Of a DNA stretch of 64,000 nt, positions 9,151 to 18,742 are shown one piece after another. Each line of letters starts with the position of its first letter. Position 1 is the first letter of the stretch. Origin of the DNA: Gemmatimonadaceae bacterium (GTDB lineage Bacteria; Gemmatimonadota; Gemmatimonadetes; Gemmatimonadales; Gemmatimonadaceae); assembly GCA_045803545.1 (NCBI GenBank), contig JBJMOW010000006.1:96001-160000 (forward strand), written 5' to 3'. A model generated the notes under the pieces. It saw only the letters and a program-made list of their open reading frames with translations. It had not been told where the DNA came from and did not search any database. Position numbers and translations under genes: made by a program.

Positions 9151-10503
9151 CTACTTGTTGATCTTGTCCGCGATGAGTTTGGCGACTCGCGGATCGTCCT
9201 TCTGACCAAGCCAGAATAGAGCTTTCGCACGCATCGAGCGATCAGAATCGCTCTGTGCGATTCGCATCAGCTCGTTGAAAGCGGCTTCGTCTTTTCGCTG
9301 AGACAACACGAAGATCGCGTGCTCCTTGAGCTGTCGCTCGTCAGCGGACCGGTAGAAGTCGGCGAGATCGCGCGTGGGCGTCGCCTCGTTCTGGCCAGCC
9401 CAGAACAACGCCTTCTCGCGAACGTCCATCGGATCGTTTCTATCCCGTGCTTTCTCGAGCAGCCAATCAGAGCCGCCTGATTTCTGTCCCATCGTCAGGA
9501 AGATCTGCTCTTTCATTCGATTCGTGGCGCGCGGATAGATCGACTGCAGATACCGAATCTGCGCCGGATCCTTCTCAGCGCCCTGACCGAGCGAGAAGAC
9601 GGCGTGCGCACGGATGCGATCGTCTTCACGTGGATTCTCGATCACGGAGTGGAGCGTTGCAAATGCGCGCGGATCGCCGGTCTGACCAAGCCAGAAAACT
9701 GCTGCGCTCCGAATGGCGGTTGAGCCCGTGCGCGAGAGATCGATGATCGCCGGCACGCCAATATTGTTGTCCATTTCGGCGAGCGCGGCCATCGCAGTGG
9801 TGCCGAGCTCTTTCTTTCCGGGCTTGCCTTCATCCTCGTCGATATCCTGGCCAACCGGTCCTGCCCCGCCGCCGCGGGCATACGCGACCAGCGTGGGAAT
9901 CACTCTCTCGTCGCCGAGTATGCCGAGCCAGTAGATCGCCTGCCGTCGGGTATCGATAGAGCGACCTTCGTCGCGAGCCAGCGTAGTCAGCTGAGGAATG
10001 ACATCGCCTGCGTTCGCCAGCACTGCGGCGAGGAGTAACCGCGATTTGTCGCCTTGAATCCGCTCGATCTGAGGAACGAGCCCAAAAAAGTACGACGCCG
10101 CCTCGATCGGCGAGACCATGCCGAGGTCGGTGACGCGATCGGTTGTCTTTGGAAAAGTGTCGCCGACCGAGGTGCGAATGCGGGTTATGTGCCCGTTTGT
10201 TTTGGTGATCGCAACTCGCACTGGCCCCGGAACGCAATCGGGAGCACTCCAATCGCCGATCGATTGGAAATTCTCGGCGAACAGCGCTTTGCGATATCCG
10301 ATCATATCGCGTCCATTGCCGCAGGTGCCCGGCCGGCTGGCGAAAGTCACGCGAACCGTGCCGTCGGGTGCGCTGTTAACGCGTGAAGAGAGATCGGTTT
10401 GAGAGAGAGACGTCGAAACGGCTACACACAGTGCCGCGACGGGGTATCCAACGATTGAAAACAAACGCACGGGTGGCTCCGCAGGGTGACGAGATTCTGA
10501 CAA
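9151..10503 (-). CDS. Secreted HEAT-repeat protein
   Basis: Repeated R..A(V/L)FW(L/A)GQ HEAT-like units; N-terminal hydrophobic segment. Confidence 0.82.
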   Translation of the reverse strand: MSESRHPAEPPVRLFSIVGYPVAALCVAVSTSLSQTDLSSRVNSAPDGTVRVTFASRPGTCGNGRDMIGYRKALFAENFQSIGDWSAPDCVPGPVRVAITKTNGHITRIRTSVGDTFPKTTDRVTDLGMVSPIEAASYFFGLVPQIERIQGDKSRLLLAAVLANAGDVIPQLTTLARDEGRSIDTRRQAIYWLGILGDERVIPTLVAYARGGGAGPVGQDIDEDEGKPGKKELGTTAMAALAEMDNNIGVPAIIDLSRTGSTAIRSAAVFWLGQTGDPRAFATLHSVIENPREDDRIRAHAVFSLGQGAEKDPAQIRYLQSIYPRATNRMKEQIFLTMGQKSGGSDWLLEKARDRNDPMDVREKALFWAGQNEATPTRDLADFYRSADERQLKEHAIFVLSQRKDEAAFNELMRIAQSDSDRSMRAKALFWLGQKDDPRVAKLIADKINK

Positions 10504-10588
10504 CAGCTTCCCAAAAAGGGTTGAGGAGTCCGGTGAACTACCGACCCTTCTGTGCGCTATGCTCGCCGCGTATCATATAGTAGCTGAT

Positions 10589-11278
10589 ATGAACAGAACG
10601 CCCGTTAGTGCAATCTGCGCCGCGCTCGCTCTCGCCGCCTGCACCACCGCCACCCGCTCGACAGCTACATCAAGCAGTCCGGTCACGGTTACGCCGACGC
10701 TTAGCCCCGAAGCGGAGGCCGCTGCAATCGCACAGGCCAAAGCCGACAGTGTACGTCACCCTTACACCGCTGCCGACGTGGAATTCATGTCGCACATGAT
10801 TCATCACCACGCGCAGGCGATCGTGATGGCGCGTTGGGCGCCAACTCACGGTGCAAGCCCCGCCGTCCAACGTCTCGCCGATCGCATCATCAACGCCCAG
10901 CAGGACGAGATCGGAACGATGCAGTCGTGGCTGCGCGATCGACGTCAGCCAGTACCCGAAGCGACGCCCGGCGGCGTGATGATGAACATGGCGGGCATGG
11001 AGCACGAGATGCTGATGCCAGGCATGCTTACCGAAGCACAAATGAAACAGCTCGACGCCGCCCGCGGCCCCGAGTTCGATCGCTTGTTCCTCACCTACAT
11101 GATTCAACACCACAAGGGCGCTGTCAGTATGGTGAAGGATCTCTTTGGCACCTACGGCGCCGGTCAGGACGAGCTGGTGTTCAAGTTCGCTTCTGACGTC
11201 AACGTCGATCAGAGCACCGAGATCGCGCGAATGGAAAAGCTGCTGGTCTCGGTCACGCTCGGCATAGATACCCAGTAG
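10589..11278 (+). CDS. DUF305 domain lipoprotein (ferritin-like, Met/His-rich)
   Basis: ADVEFMSHMIHHHAQAI and FLTYMIQHHKGAV; lipobox LAAC. Confidence 0.9.
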   Translation: MNRTPVSAICAALALAACTTATRSTATSSSPVTVTPTLSPEAEAAAIAQAKADSVRHPYTAADVEFMSHMIHHHAQAIVMARWAPTHGASPAVQRLADRIINAQQDEIGTMQSWLRDRRQPVPEATPGGVMMNMAGMEHEMLMPGMLTEAQMKQLDAARGPEFDRLFLTYMIQHHKGAVSMVKDLFGTYGAGQDELVFKFASDVNVDQSTEIARMEKLLVSVTLGIDTQ

Positions 11279-11339
11279 CACCAATCAACCACCCACCCAT
11301 CCCGGCACGCCCGGGAATCGATTCACTCGAGGAATCGCC

Positions 11340-13331
11340 ATGAACTCGGTTTTGAGAAACAGGTCAAAGATCGCGCTGTCGCTAACCGCGGTGCTGACTG
11401 CAGCTGCTTGCGCGACCGCGACCAGCTCGTCGCGTACGAGCACGAGCAGCAGCATCCCACCAATCAGCGACATGTCCCCCGGCGAGCCGTATCCCGATCC
11501 GCGCGTCGGACTCCGTGCCGGAGCCGACAATGCCGGCGAGGCACTATGGAACATGCGCGTCCTCTCGTCGACTCCCCAGCCCGGCGAATTCAAAGGTCAG
11601 ACGAATTCCGACCTCGCGTTCCTCGGCAACTACGCGATCCAGGGCAACTACCACGGCTTCCAGTTCTGGGACATCTCGAATCCGGCTGCGCCCGTTCTGA
11701 AAGAAGGTTACGTCTGCCCGGCGTCGCAGAGTGACGTATCGGTGTATCGCAATCTCCTCTTCGTTTCTGGTGAGGGGCTGAGCGGTCGCATTGATTGCGG
11801 CACCACCGGCGTGAAGGACACCGTCAGCAAGGATCGACTCCGCGGTCTGCGAATCTTCGACATCAGTGATCTGTCGAATCCGAAGAACGTCGGCAACGTC
11901 CAGACGTGCCGCGGATCGCACACTCACTCGCTGCTCGTTGATCCCAAGGATCCGGACAACGTTTACGTCTATATCTCCGGTTCAGCAGGCGTTCGTTCGC
12001 CGAGTGAGCTCGCCGGTTGTTCTCGCGTGACACCGGATAAGGATCCGAACTCCGCGTTGTTCCGCATCGAAGTTATCAAGGTTCCGCTCGCTCACCCGGA
12101 GCAGGCAGCGATTGTCAGCTCCCCGCGCATCTTCAATGATCTGAACGCGCCGGCTCGTCACGGCGATGCGCCGGAAGACGTCGCCGAGAATGCCAGACAG
12201 GTTGCTGAGGCGAAAGCCAAAGGTGGATTCGTGGCGATGGTCCGCGGAGACGAGAGAGTTCTCCCGCCGTTCATTATCACTCCGTTGCTCGACAGCATCG
12301 TGAAAGCTCGTGGCGGAACGGGTGCAGCCACTGCCGGTGACAGCGCGTCGCTGCGCGCCGGCCTGCAGGCGATTGTCGACAAGCTCGTCGGTCCTCAACC
12401 TGCCACGGGTGCGACACGTCCGGGACCGACGCAGTGTCATGACATCACGCTCTATCCGGCAATCGGTCGCGCTGGTGGCGCCTGCGAAGGCTACGGCTTC
12501 CTGCTCGACATCTCGGATCCAGCGCACCCGGTTCGCATTGCCGCGGTTGCCGATTCGAACTTCTCGTACTGGCACTCGGCGACTTTCAACAATGACGGTA
12601 CGAAGATCCTCTTCTCCGACGAGTGGGGCGGTGGTGGGCAGCCGAAGTGCCGCTCGACAGATCGTCGTGAGTGGGGGGCTGATGCGATCTTCACCATCAA
12701 CGGCAGTCAGCTTCAGTTCCAGAACTACTATAAGCTGCCGGCGCCTCAGACCCGCTTCGAGAACTGCGTGGCGCACAATGGTTCGATGATTCCGATTCCG
12801 GGACGCGATGTCATGGTGCAGTCGTGGTATCAGGGCGGCATTTCGGTCTTCGATTGGACCGATCCGAGAAATCCGCGCGAGATTGCGTACTTCGATCGTG
12901 GCCCGATGGATTCAACGAGAATGGTTGGAGCGGGCACCTGGTCAGCGTACTGGTACAACGGCAACATCATCAGCTCTGAAATCGCCCGCGGACTGGACAT
13001 TCTGCAGCTTCAGCCGAGCGCGTATCTGACGCAGAACGAAATCGACGCTGCGAACACCGTGAAGTTCGACTACTTCAACACGCAGGGTCAGATGAAGTTT
13101 GTATGGCCGAATACACCCGCACTCGCCCGCGCATATCTCGATCAGCTGGAAAGATCGAAGGGCGAAAGCGCGGAAAGACTTGCTCAGGTCAGGGCAGCGG
13201 TCGGCGCCAGTTCGACTGTTTCAACTCGCGCGGCACTCGGCGCGTTGGCGGCGCAGCTTGATGCTGATGCAGCGACGTCTTCTGACGCCGCGAGGGTGAG
13301 GCTGCTGGCTGCAGTTCTTAGAGGGCTCTGA
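11340..13331 (+). CDS. LVIVD-repeat lipoprotein
   Basis: Repeated (F/L)DISDPxxP units, CHDI, WHSATF and NCVAHNG. Confidence 0.8.
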   Translation: MNSVLRNRSKIALSLTAVLTAAACATATSSSRTSTSSSIPPISDMSPGEPYPDPRVGLRAGADNAGEALWNMRVLSSTPQPGEFKGQTNSDLAFLGNYAIQGNYHGFQFWDISNPAAPVLKEGYVCPASQSDVSVYRNLLFVSGEGLSGRIDCGTTGVKDTVSKDRLRGLRIFDISDLSNPKNVGNVQTCRGSHTHSLLVDPKDPDNVYVYISGSAGVRSPSELAGCSRVTPDKDPNSALFRIEVIKVPLAHPEQAAIVSSPRIFNDLNAPARHGDAPEDVAENARQVAEAKAKGGFVAMVRGDERVLPPFIITPLLDSIVKARGGTGAATAGDSASLRAGLQAIVDKLVGPQPATGATRPGPTQCHDITLYPAIGRAGGACEGYGFLLDISDPAHPVRIAAVADSNFSYWHSATFNNDGTKILFSDEWGGGGQPKCRSTDRREWGADAIFTINGSQLQFQNYYKLPAPQTRFENCVAHNGSMIPIPGRDVMVQSWYQGGISVFDWTDPRNPREIAYFDRGPMDSTRMVGAGTWSAYWYNGNIISSEIARGLDILQLQPSAYLTQNEIDAANTVKFDYFNTQGQMKFVWPNTPALARAYLDQLERSKGESAERLAQVRAAVGASSTVSTRAALGALAAQLDADAATSSDAARVRLLAAVLRGL

Positions 13332-13349
13332 TCCTTCGGTGAAAAACAG

Positions 13350-13384
13350 AACCGTCCGGTGCGCATTGCACCGGACGGTTTTTT
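13350..13384 (+). terminator. Rho-independent terminator, possibly bidirectional
   Basis: Perfect 13-bp stem AACCGTCCGGTGC/GCACCGGACGGTT plus T-run, between convergent genes. Confidence 0.85.
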
Positions 13385-13391
13385 CTTGCCT

Positions 13392-13802
13392 CTATGCTGC
13401 TCGGCGGAGTACGGTCTCGGTGAGATAAACCGGTGCCGGTTGCGTGAGCGACTGCCAGCGACTACGCGCAACGTAGAAGGCGAGCAATCCGACGACGCCG
13501 GGGAATGCCGAGGCGACTCCAACACCCTGGATGATCGAGGTGACAACGGCGCCGCTCATGATGATGACGAGCCCAACGGCAGCGAGCGACGTCAGTTCTG
13601 TCCGAATCTTCGTCAGTCCCGGCAGGATCAATCCGAGCGCGCCCAGCGTCTCACAGATTCCGATGAACTTGATGAAGTCGCCCGGCATGTGGGACTGAGC
13701 GGCGAGGACGTCGGCTGGAGTGACAAGTTTGAAGACACCGGCAAACAGAAACAGCGCGGCCAGTAGTGATTGAGCGGTCCAGAGGCGGGTATTGGCTTTC
13801 AT
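13392..13802 (-). CDS. DoxX-like family membrane protein
   Basis: LAALFLFAGVFKL and FIGICETLGALGLILP. Confidence 0.88.
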   Translation of the reverse strand: MKANTRLWTAQSLLAALFLFAGVFKLVTPADVLAAQSHMPGDFIKFIGICETLGALGLILPGLTKIRTELTSLAAVGLVIIMSGAVVTSIIQGVGVASAFPGVVGLLAFYVARSRWQSLTQPAPVYLTETVLRRAA

Positions 13803-13847
13803 TTTCGGATCTCCTTATCGTCGTCGGTTCGGTTCTTCTACCAAGGC

Positions 13848-13874
13848 GACGAATGGCATCTCGAGAAATCGACA
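13848..13874 (-). promoter_or_regulatory. Putative ECF42-type promoter
   Basis: Minus strand TGTCGA-tttctcgagatgccatt-CGTC, 45 bp before the DoxX start. Confidence 0.7.
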
Positions 13875-14040
13875 TCAGCGCGTGAACAAACCGTAGCGAC
13901 ACGTTAACCGCGCCGAGACAGCTATTGCGCGCGCGACGCAATAGGTTGGGCTACCACGACTTGCGGGCTGTGGTGGCGATGAGCAGCGTGTAACGAACAC
14001 CGCTGTTCGGCCGTAGGGGAGCAAACCTCAACACGCGGAG

Positions 14041-15867
14041 ATGCACGTGTTCCGAGCCTGTCTGGCTGTCATGGCTGTTTCCCTTTCCGTGTCCGTCTCA
14101 CGCGCGCAGAGTCCGACTGTCACTGCGGAGCTAGAGCGCCTGGAGCGCGCATCATGGGTGGCCTGGCAAAATCACGACGGGAAGTTCTTCAGCGAATTCT
14201 TAAGCGACGATCATTCCGAGGTGGGCGGATCCGGAATCGCCGGTAAGCAAAGCGTGGTGTCTTTCGTCGCCAGCGGAGCCTGCACCGTCAGCAATTACTC
14301 GCTCGACGAGATGAACGTAAGGCAGCTCGCCGAGAATGTCGCCGTCGTGACCTACCGCGCGACACAAAATACCACGTGCGGCAAGACCAAAGTGCCGAGC
14401 CCCGCCTGGGTGTCGTCGACTTTCGTGAAACGCGGCGGGCATTGGCGCAATGCGATCTATCAGCAGACACCGGCTCCGAGTCAACGCGATCTCACCTCAG
14501 CGACGGACAGTTTGCGCAAGCTCGTCCAATCCGGATTCGTACCAAGTGTTGCTTACAGCGTTAGCGATCGTTCAGGAATCGTCGAGGAAGGCGCATTTGG
14601 CTTTGCCGACGTGGAACGTCGCAGAAAGGCGTCGGCGTTTACCGCGTACCCGGTGGCGTCGGTTGCAAAATCGCTGACGGCGATCGCGGCTCTGCGAGCC
14701 GTGGATGCAGGTCGCCTCGATCTCGATCGGCCCGCGAATTCCTACCTTGGTCGCGATTCGATAACGGTTTCGGTGGGCGATGCACGCCGGCTGACGACCC
14801 GAGCGTTGCTCCACATGACCGCCGGTATTCCGCACGTGGTGCGTTTTTACTGGCCGGACGAGCCCCGCGACGCAGGTCTCGATCGACCGCTCGGACACTT
14901 CGCCGCGTTTGCGCCGGGCACACAGTTCCACTACTCCAACCAATCGCTCGGCATTGTCGGCGAGATTCTCTCTCGAATCTCAGGAGAGCCATTTCCGCGG
15001 TACATGGCGGAGAGTGTATTCGCGCCTCTCGGCATGGCGAACAGCGCTGTTCGCGCCGGCGATCTTCCCTCCGCAACTCGAGCGCTGGCGTATCGCGATC
15101 ATCCCACGCGCGAATCTGGATTCACGAGGCTCGATCCAGAGCCCGGCGCCGGGATGTACACCAGTGCACACGACCTTGGCGTTCTCGCTCGTCGAGTACT
15201 ACTCGATCCTGGCTCCCGTTTTCTGAGTGCTGCGAGCAAAAGCGCGCTGACTGATTTCAGCGAATATCCGTTCTATTCGAGCGGGTGGTGGAAAGACCCA
15301 TTCCGTCCGACAGGACTGACGTTGCTCGCCGACGGTGCGGCGCTCGGTCACGCTGCGTCGATGAAAGTCCTGCCCACGGAAGGACTGGCCGTCGCGGTGC
15401 TCGTCAACGGCCCCGTACCGGATGGGTTCACGCTGGGGTTGTGTGATTTGCTACTTCGCGCCGCCGGGTACCCCGATGCCGTGTCGAGCAATCATGACAT
15501 CCCGGCCGAATTCCGTGACGTGCCCGTCGCACAGGATACGGCGTGGCGGGGAAATTGGCGCGGCGTGATTCGCACCCCCGACGGTGAATTGCCAATACGA
15601 TTTGCTTTCGATTCGACGGGAATGATGGCGGCAGTCGGAAGCACCCCGTTGCAACGGGCTAATGGTAGCGTGTCGAATCATATCCTGGAGGCGACTATAC
15701 CCGGCGAGTTGCCGAGATCGGACGTCGCGGGAGTCTCTCACAAGCTCGGCGTGAGGTTACAGCGGCAGAACGACTCCCTCACCGGCTATATCGTGGCAAC
15801 GGCACAGCTTGGTGACCGTCCGTTTCTAATGCTGCCGTACTATCTCTCGGCGACGCGTGACAAATAG
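14041..15867 (+). CDS. DUF4440 (NTF2-like) domain fused to a beta-lactamase-family serine hydrolase
   Basis: Signal peptide; N-terminal NTF2-like domain; SVAK (SxxK) and YSN motifs. Confidence 0.8.
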   Translation: MHVFRACLAVMAVSLSVSVSRAQSPTVTAELERLERASWVAWQNHDGKFFSEFLSDDHSEVGGSGIAGKQSVVSFVASGACTVSNYSLDEMNVRQLAENVAVVTYRATQNTTCGKTKVPSPAWVSSTFVKRGGHWRNAIYQQTPAPSQRDLTSATDSLRKLVQSGFVPSVAYSVSDRSGIVEEGAFGFADVERRRKASAFTAYPVASVAKSLTAIAALRAVDAGRLDLDRPANSYLGRDSITVSVGDARRLTTRALLHMTAGIPHVVRFYWPDEPRDAGLDRPLGHFAAFAPGTQFHYSNQSLGIVGEILSRISGEPFPRYMAESVFAPLGMANSAVRAGDLPSATRALAYRDHPTRESGFTRLDPEPGAGMYTSAHDLGVLARRVLLDPGSRFLSAASKSALTDFSEYPFYSSGWWKDPFRPTGLTLLADGAALGHAASMKVLPTEGLAVAVLVNGPVPDGFTLGLCDLLLRAAGYPDAVSSNHDIPAEFRDVPVAQDTAWRGNWRGVIRTPDGELPIRFAFDSTGMMAAVGSTPLQRANGSVSNHILEATIPGELPRSDVAGVSHKLGVRLQRQNDSLTGYIVATAQLGDRPFLMLPYYLSATRDK

Positions 15868-15928
15868 TGGCGGGCTGCTGTCCAGCGCGTAACTTTTTCG
15901 AACCTAACCAGACGTCACGAGGACTGAT

Positions 15929-16687
15929 ATGCATCGCGTGTACTACTCAATGCTGCCGATCGCGGCGATCGCAATTCTCGCCTGCAATGGCAAAGCACAG
16001 AACGAAGCAACCGCCAGCTCGACATCGAGCTCAACATCGCAGGGTCAGATGCAGATGAATGAGTCGACCCGGCAGGTCGCCGGCGGCGGAATCTCAGTGA
16101 ATGGCTGGAGCGGGCAGATCGATCCTGGCGAAGCCCGCCGCGGACAACTACTCAGCAACGCGAAGTTTGCGCAGGAAGGAAGCGCGTTCCACGTGACGAC
16201 CGGACCCGCGGTCGCGTACTGGAATCCGGCGAACACTGCGACCGGCGATTACACGGTGAAGGCAACGTTCACCGAGCCGCACTACATGAACCTGAACGAT
16301 CATCCGCATCCGTACGGACTAATCATCGGCGGCAACGACATGGGAACGCCGAACGAGACGTACCTGTACTGCGCAGCTTACGGCAATGGCACCTTCATCG
16401 TGCGCGGCTTCGGGCCGGCGCCATTCCAGGTGAATGGTCGCGGCGGCGAATCGAACGCGGCGGTGCACAAAGCCAGTGGACAAGGCGCGCCGGTGACTCA
16501 GGATATCGCGATGTCGGTGAAGGGCGATAACGTGAGCTGCTCGATCAACGGACAGGTGGTCGGGACGTACAAGAAGTCCGACCTTGTCGCAGCCGGGAAG
16601 CTGAAGTCGACCGATGGCGTTTACGGGATACGCTTCGCGCATAATACCGAGGGCACGGTTACCGGACTTACGGTCACGAAGCCCTAA
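15929..16687 (+). CDS. Hypothetical lipoprotein (beta-sandwich, lectin-like)
   Basis: RBS GAGGA; lipobox ILAC; beta-strand-rich sequence. Confidence 0.7.
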   Translation: MHRVYYSMLPIAAIAILACNGKAQNEATASSTSSSTSQGQMQMNESTRQVAGGGISVNGWSGQIDPGEARRGQLLSNAKFAQEGSAFHVTTGPAVAYWNPANTATGDYTVKATFTEPHYMNLNDHPHPYGLIIGGNDMGTPNETYLYCAAYGNGTFIVRGFGPAPFQVNGRGGESNAAVHKASGQGAPVTQDIAMSVKGDNVSCSINGQVVGTYKKSDLVAAGKLKSTDGVYGIRFAHNTEGTVTGLTVTKP

Positions 16688-16700
16688 CGCGCATCTCGAA

Positions 16701-16837
16701 AACTAAAGTCGGCAGTTCGCAGTCAACTGTCCACAGTCTGCAGTTGTTATACGGGCATTCACAGCGCATCTCGCGATGGACGCGTGTATAACAACTCCGA
16801 ACTGCAGACTAGTAGCTGCAAACTGCCGACTGTAGTT
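16701..16837. repeat. Long hairpin element B
   Basis: AACTAAAGTCGGCAGT...ACTGCCGACTGTAGTT; ~52-bp arms with CAGTnnn heptamer periodicity; homologous to element C. Confidence 0.9.
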
Positions 16838-16857
16838 GATGTAAAAGGATCGAGTAG

Positions 16858-18318
16858 TCAGCGTTTGATATCCACCGCAATTCCCCGCCACTTCCCCTGA
16901 TTGAATCGCACCACACTGAGAGCGCATCTCGTCAGGTGTCCAATTAGAATGGCGATCCAGATGTCGATGGTATCCAGCGTGCTCACCCGCTGAACAGCGA
17001 AGCAAATGCCGAGTGGTACCAGAATCTGGGAGATGATCGAGATGTAGAGCGGGCTCTTGGTGTCGCCCGTACCTTGAAGTCCGCCGGTGTAGGTGAGCGC
17101 GACGGCGATGAACAAACCTGACACGCTGAGAATGCGCAGCAGCTGCACTCCGACGTGAACTACCGCCGGATCGCGCATCCCGAAAATCGCGAGCAGCTGC
17201 TGCGGGATGAACATGAACATGATTCCGACAGCCGCCGCGCTCGCTGCTCCAATTCGAGCCGCCACGTGAACGGATTCGGCGGCGCGATCTGGTTTGCCCG
17301 CGCCGAGATTCTGTCCGGCGACAGCGGCAGCCGCGCCCATCAATCCGACCGAAGTCCACGTCACCAGCGAGAACAGCTGGCTGTAGCAAACCGCGAACGC
17401 AGCTTGGGCAGCTGCGCCGTGCGCGACTGATCCGATGAATGCCAGCATGAACACACCGCCAACATTCATCGCAATGCCCTGAATTCCGGTTGGCAGTCCA
17501 AACCGGAATAGCGCGCGAATGATCTCCCAATCGGGCCCCCATCCCTTCCCGCGCGGGAACGACAGCACCCAGCCGCCGTGCCACAACTTGTACAGTGAAT
17601 AAACCGCGACCAGACCCGAAGCGATCGACGTACCCATCGCCGATCCCTTGGTCCCGAATGCCGGAATTGGACCGAGGCCGCGAATCAGGATCACGTTCAA
17701 AATCACGTTCAACACAGTGAGCGAAATCCCCAGCACCATTGGAGTGCGGGCATCACCGGCGGAGCGCAGTGCCCCACCGAGCATGAAGAAGACAAGCATT
17801 CCGCTGCTAAAGAGGAAGCTGATGCGAATGAATGGCAGCGCCTCGGCTTTGACGTCTGGTGCTGCGTTCACGAAGTCGAGGAGCGCCGGCGACGCGAAGT
17901 ACCCGATCGGCCCGAGAATGAATAACGCGAGGAAGATCGACGTGATGAACGCCTGGTAGACCGTGCGATCCGCTTTGTCGTGATCGCCCTGCCCCACAAA
18001 TCGCGCGACGAGCACGCTCATGCCGGTGAAGAGCGAAGCGACGAAGATCACGACGATCAGGAAGATCTGATTGCTGTCGCCGATCGCGGCGTTCGCTTTG
18101 GGTCCGATCAGATTGCCGACCAGGACCTGATCGACCATCGCCTGCAGCCCACCGACGATGTTGGTGAGCATTGTCGGCCAGGCCAGCTTCCACACCGCCG
18201 GCATCAACGGCCCCTCGACTATCGAACGGTCGTACTGCCGGCGACCCGGCCTGGGCCGACCTTCGCTCGCTGCTCGCGGCGCAGCGGGCGCAGCTGCAGG
18301 TGCAGTGACGTCAGTCAA
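16858..18318 (-). CDS. MATE family efflux transporter
   Basis: LAWP, LRSAGDARTPM, GQNLGAG and LQGTGDTK; multiple TM segments. Confidence 0.93.
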   Translation of the reverse strand: MTDVTAPAAAPAAPRAASEGRPRPGRRQYDRSIVEGPLMPAVWKLAWPTMLTNIVGGLQAMVDQVLVGNLIGPKANAAIGDSNQIFLIVVIFVASLFTGMSVLVARFVGQGDHDKADRTVYQAFITSIFLALFILGPIGYFASPALLDFVNAAPDVKAEALPFIRISFLFSSGMLVFFMLGGALRSAGDARTPMVLGISLTVLNVILNVILIRGLGPIPAFGTKGSAMGTSIASGLVAVYSLYKLWHGGWVLSFPRGKGWGPDWEIIRALFRFGLPTGIQGIAMNVGGVFMLAFIGSVAHGAAAQAAFAVCYSQLFSLVTWTSVGLMGAAAAVAGQNLGAGKPDRAAESVHVAARIGAASAAAVGIMFMFIPQQLLAIFGMRDPAVVHVGVQLLRILSVSGLFIAVALTYTGGLQGTGDTKSPLYISIISQILVPLGICFAVQRVSTLDTIDIWIAILIGHLTRCALSVVRFNQGKWRGIAVDIKR

Positions 18319-18739
18319 TACGCGCTCGACGACGAGCGATCAGCGCGTCGATGCTCCAGGGTCCGGCACCGGCGAGCATGAAATACAAAAAGAGGAAACA
18401 ATAAAGCATCGACGTGATGCCCCAATTGCGCGTCGGCCAGAAAGACATCGGGAAACTGAATTGGAAATATGCAACCGCCATTTCACCGGCGAGTAAGAAC
18501 GAGATCGGTCGCGTGAACAAACCGAGCGTGAAGGCGAGGCCGAGGTAGGTCTCGAGCCAGCCGGCAACGTGAAACTCCCACATCGGGGGCATTGGCATCG
18601 GCGGCGCATAAGTCGGGAACGGCGGAAAGCCAAACACCTTCATTGTTCCGCTGGTGAAGAATGCGAGACCCGCCATAATTCTGAGAATGCTCAGCATTCT
18701 CGCTGTCCATTTTGGTGAGCCGGGATCAAAGATCGACAT
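18311..18739 (-). CDS. DoxX family protein
   Basis: LGLFTRPISFLLAGEMAVAYF and GAGPWSID. Confidence 0.9.
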   Translation of the reverse strand: MSIFDPGSPKWTARMLSILRIMAGLAFFTSGTMKVFGFPPFPTYAPPMPMPPMWEFHVAGWLETYLGLAFTLGLFTRPISFLLAGEMAVAYFQFSFPMSFWPTRNWGITSMLYCFLFLYFMLAGAGPWSIDALIARRRARID

Positions 18740-18742
18740 GGT

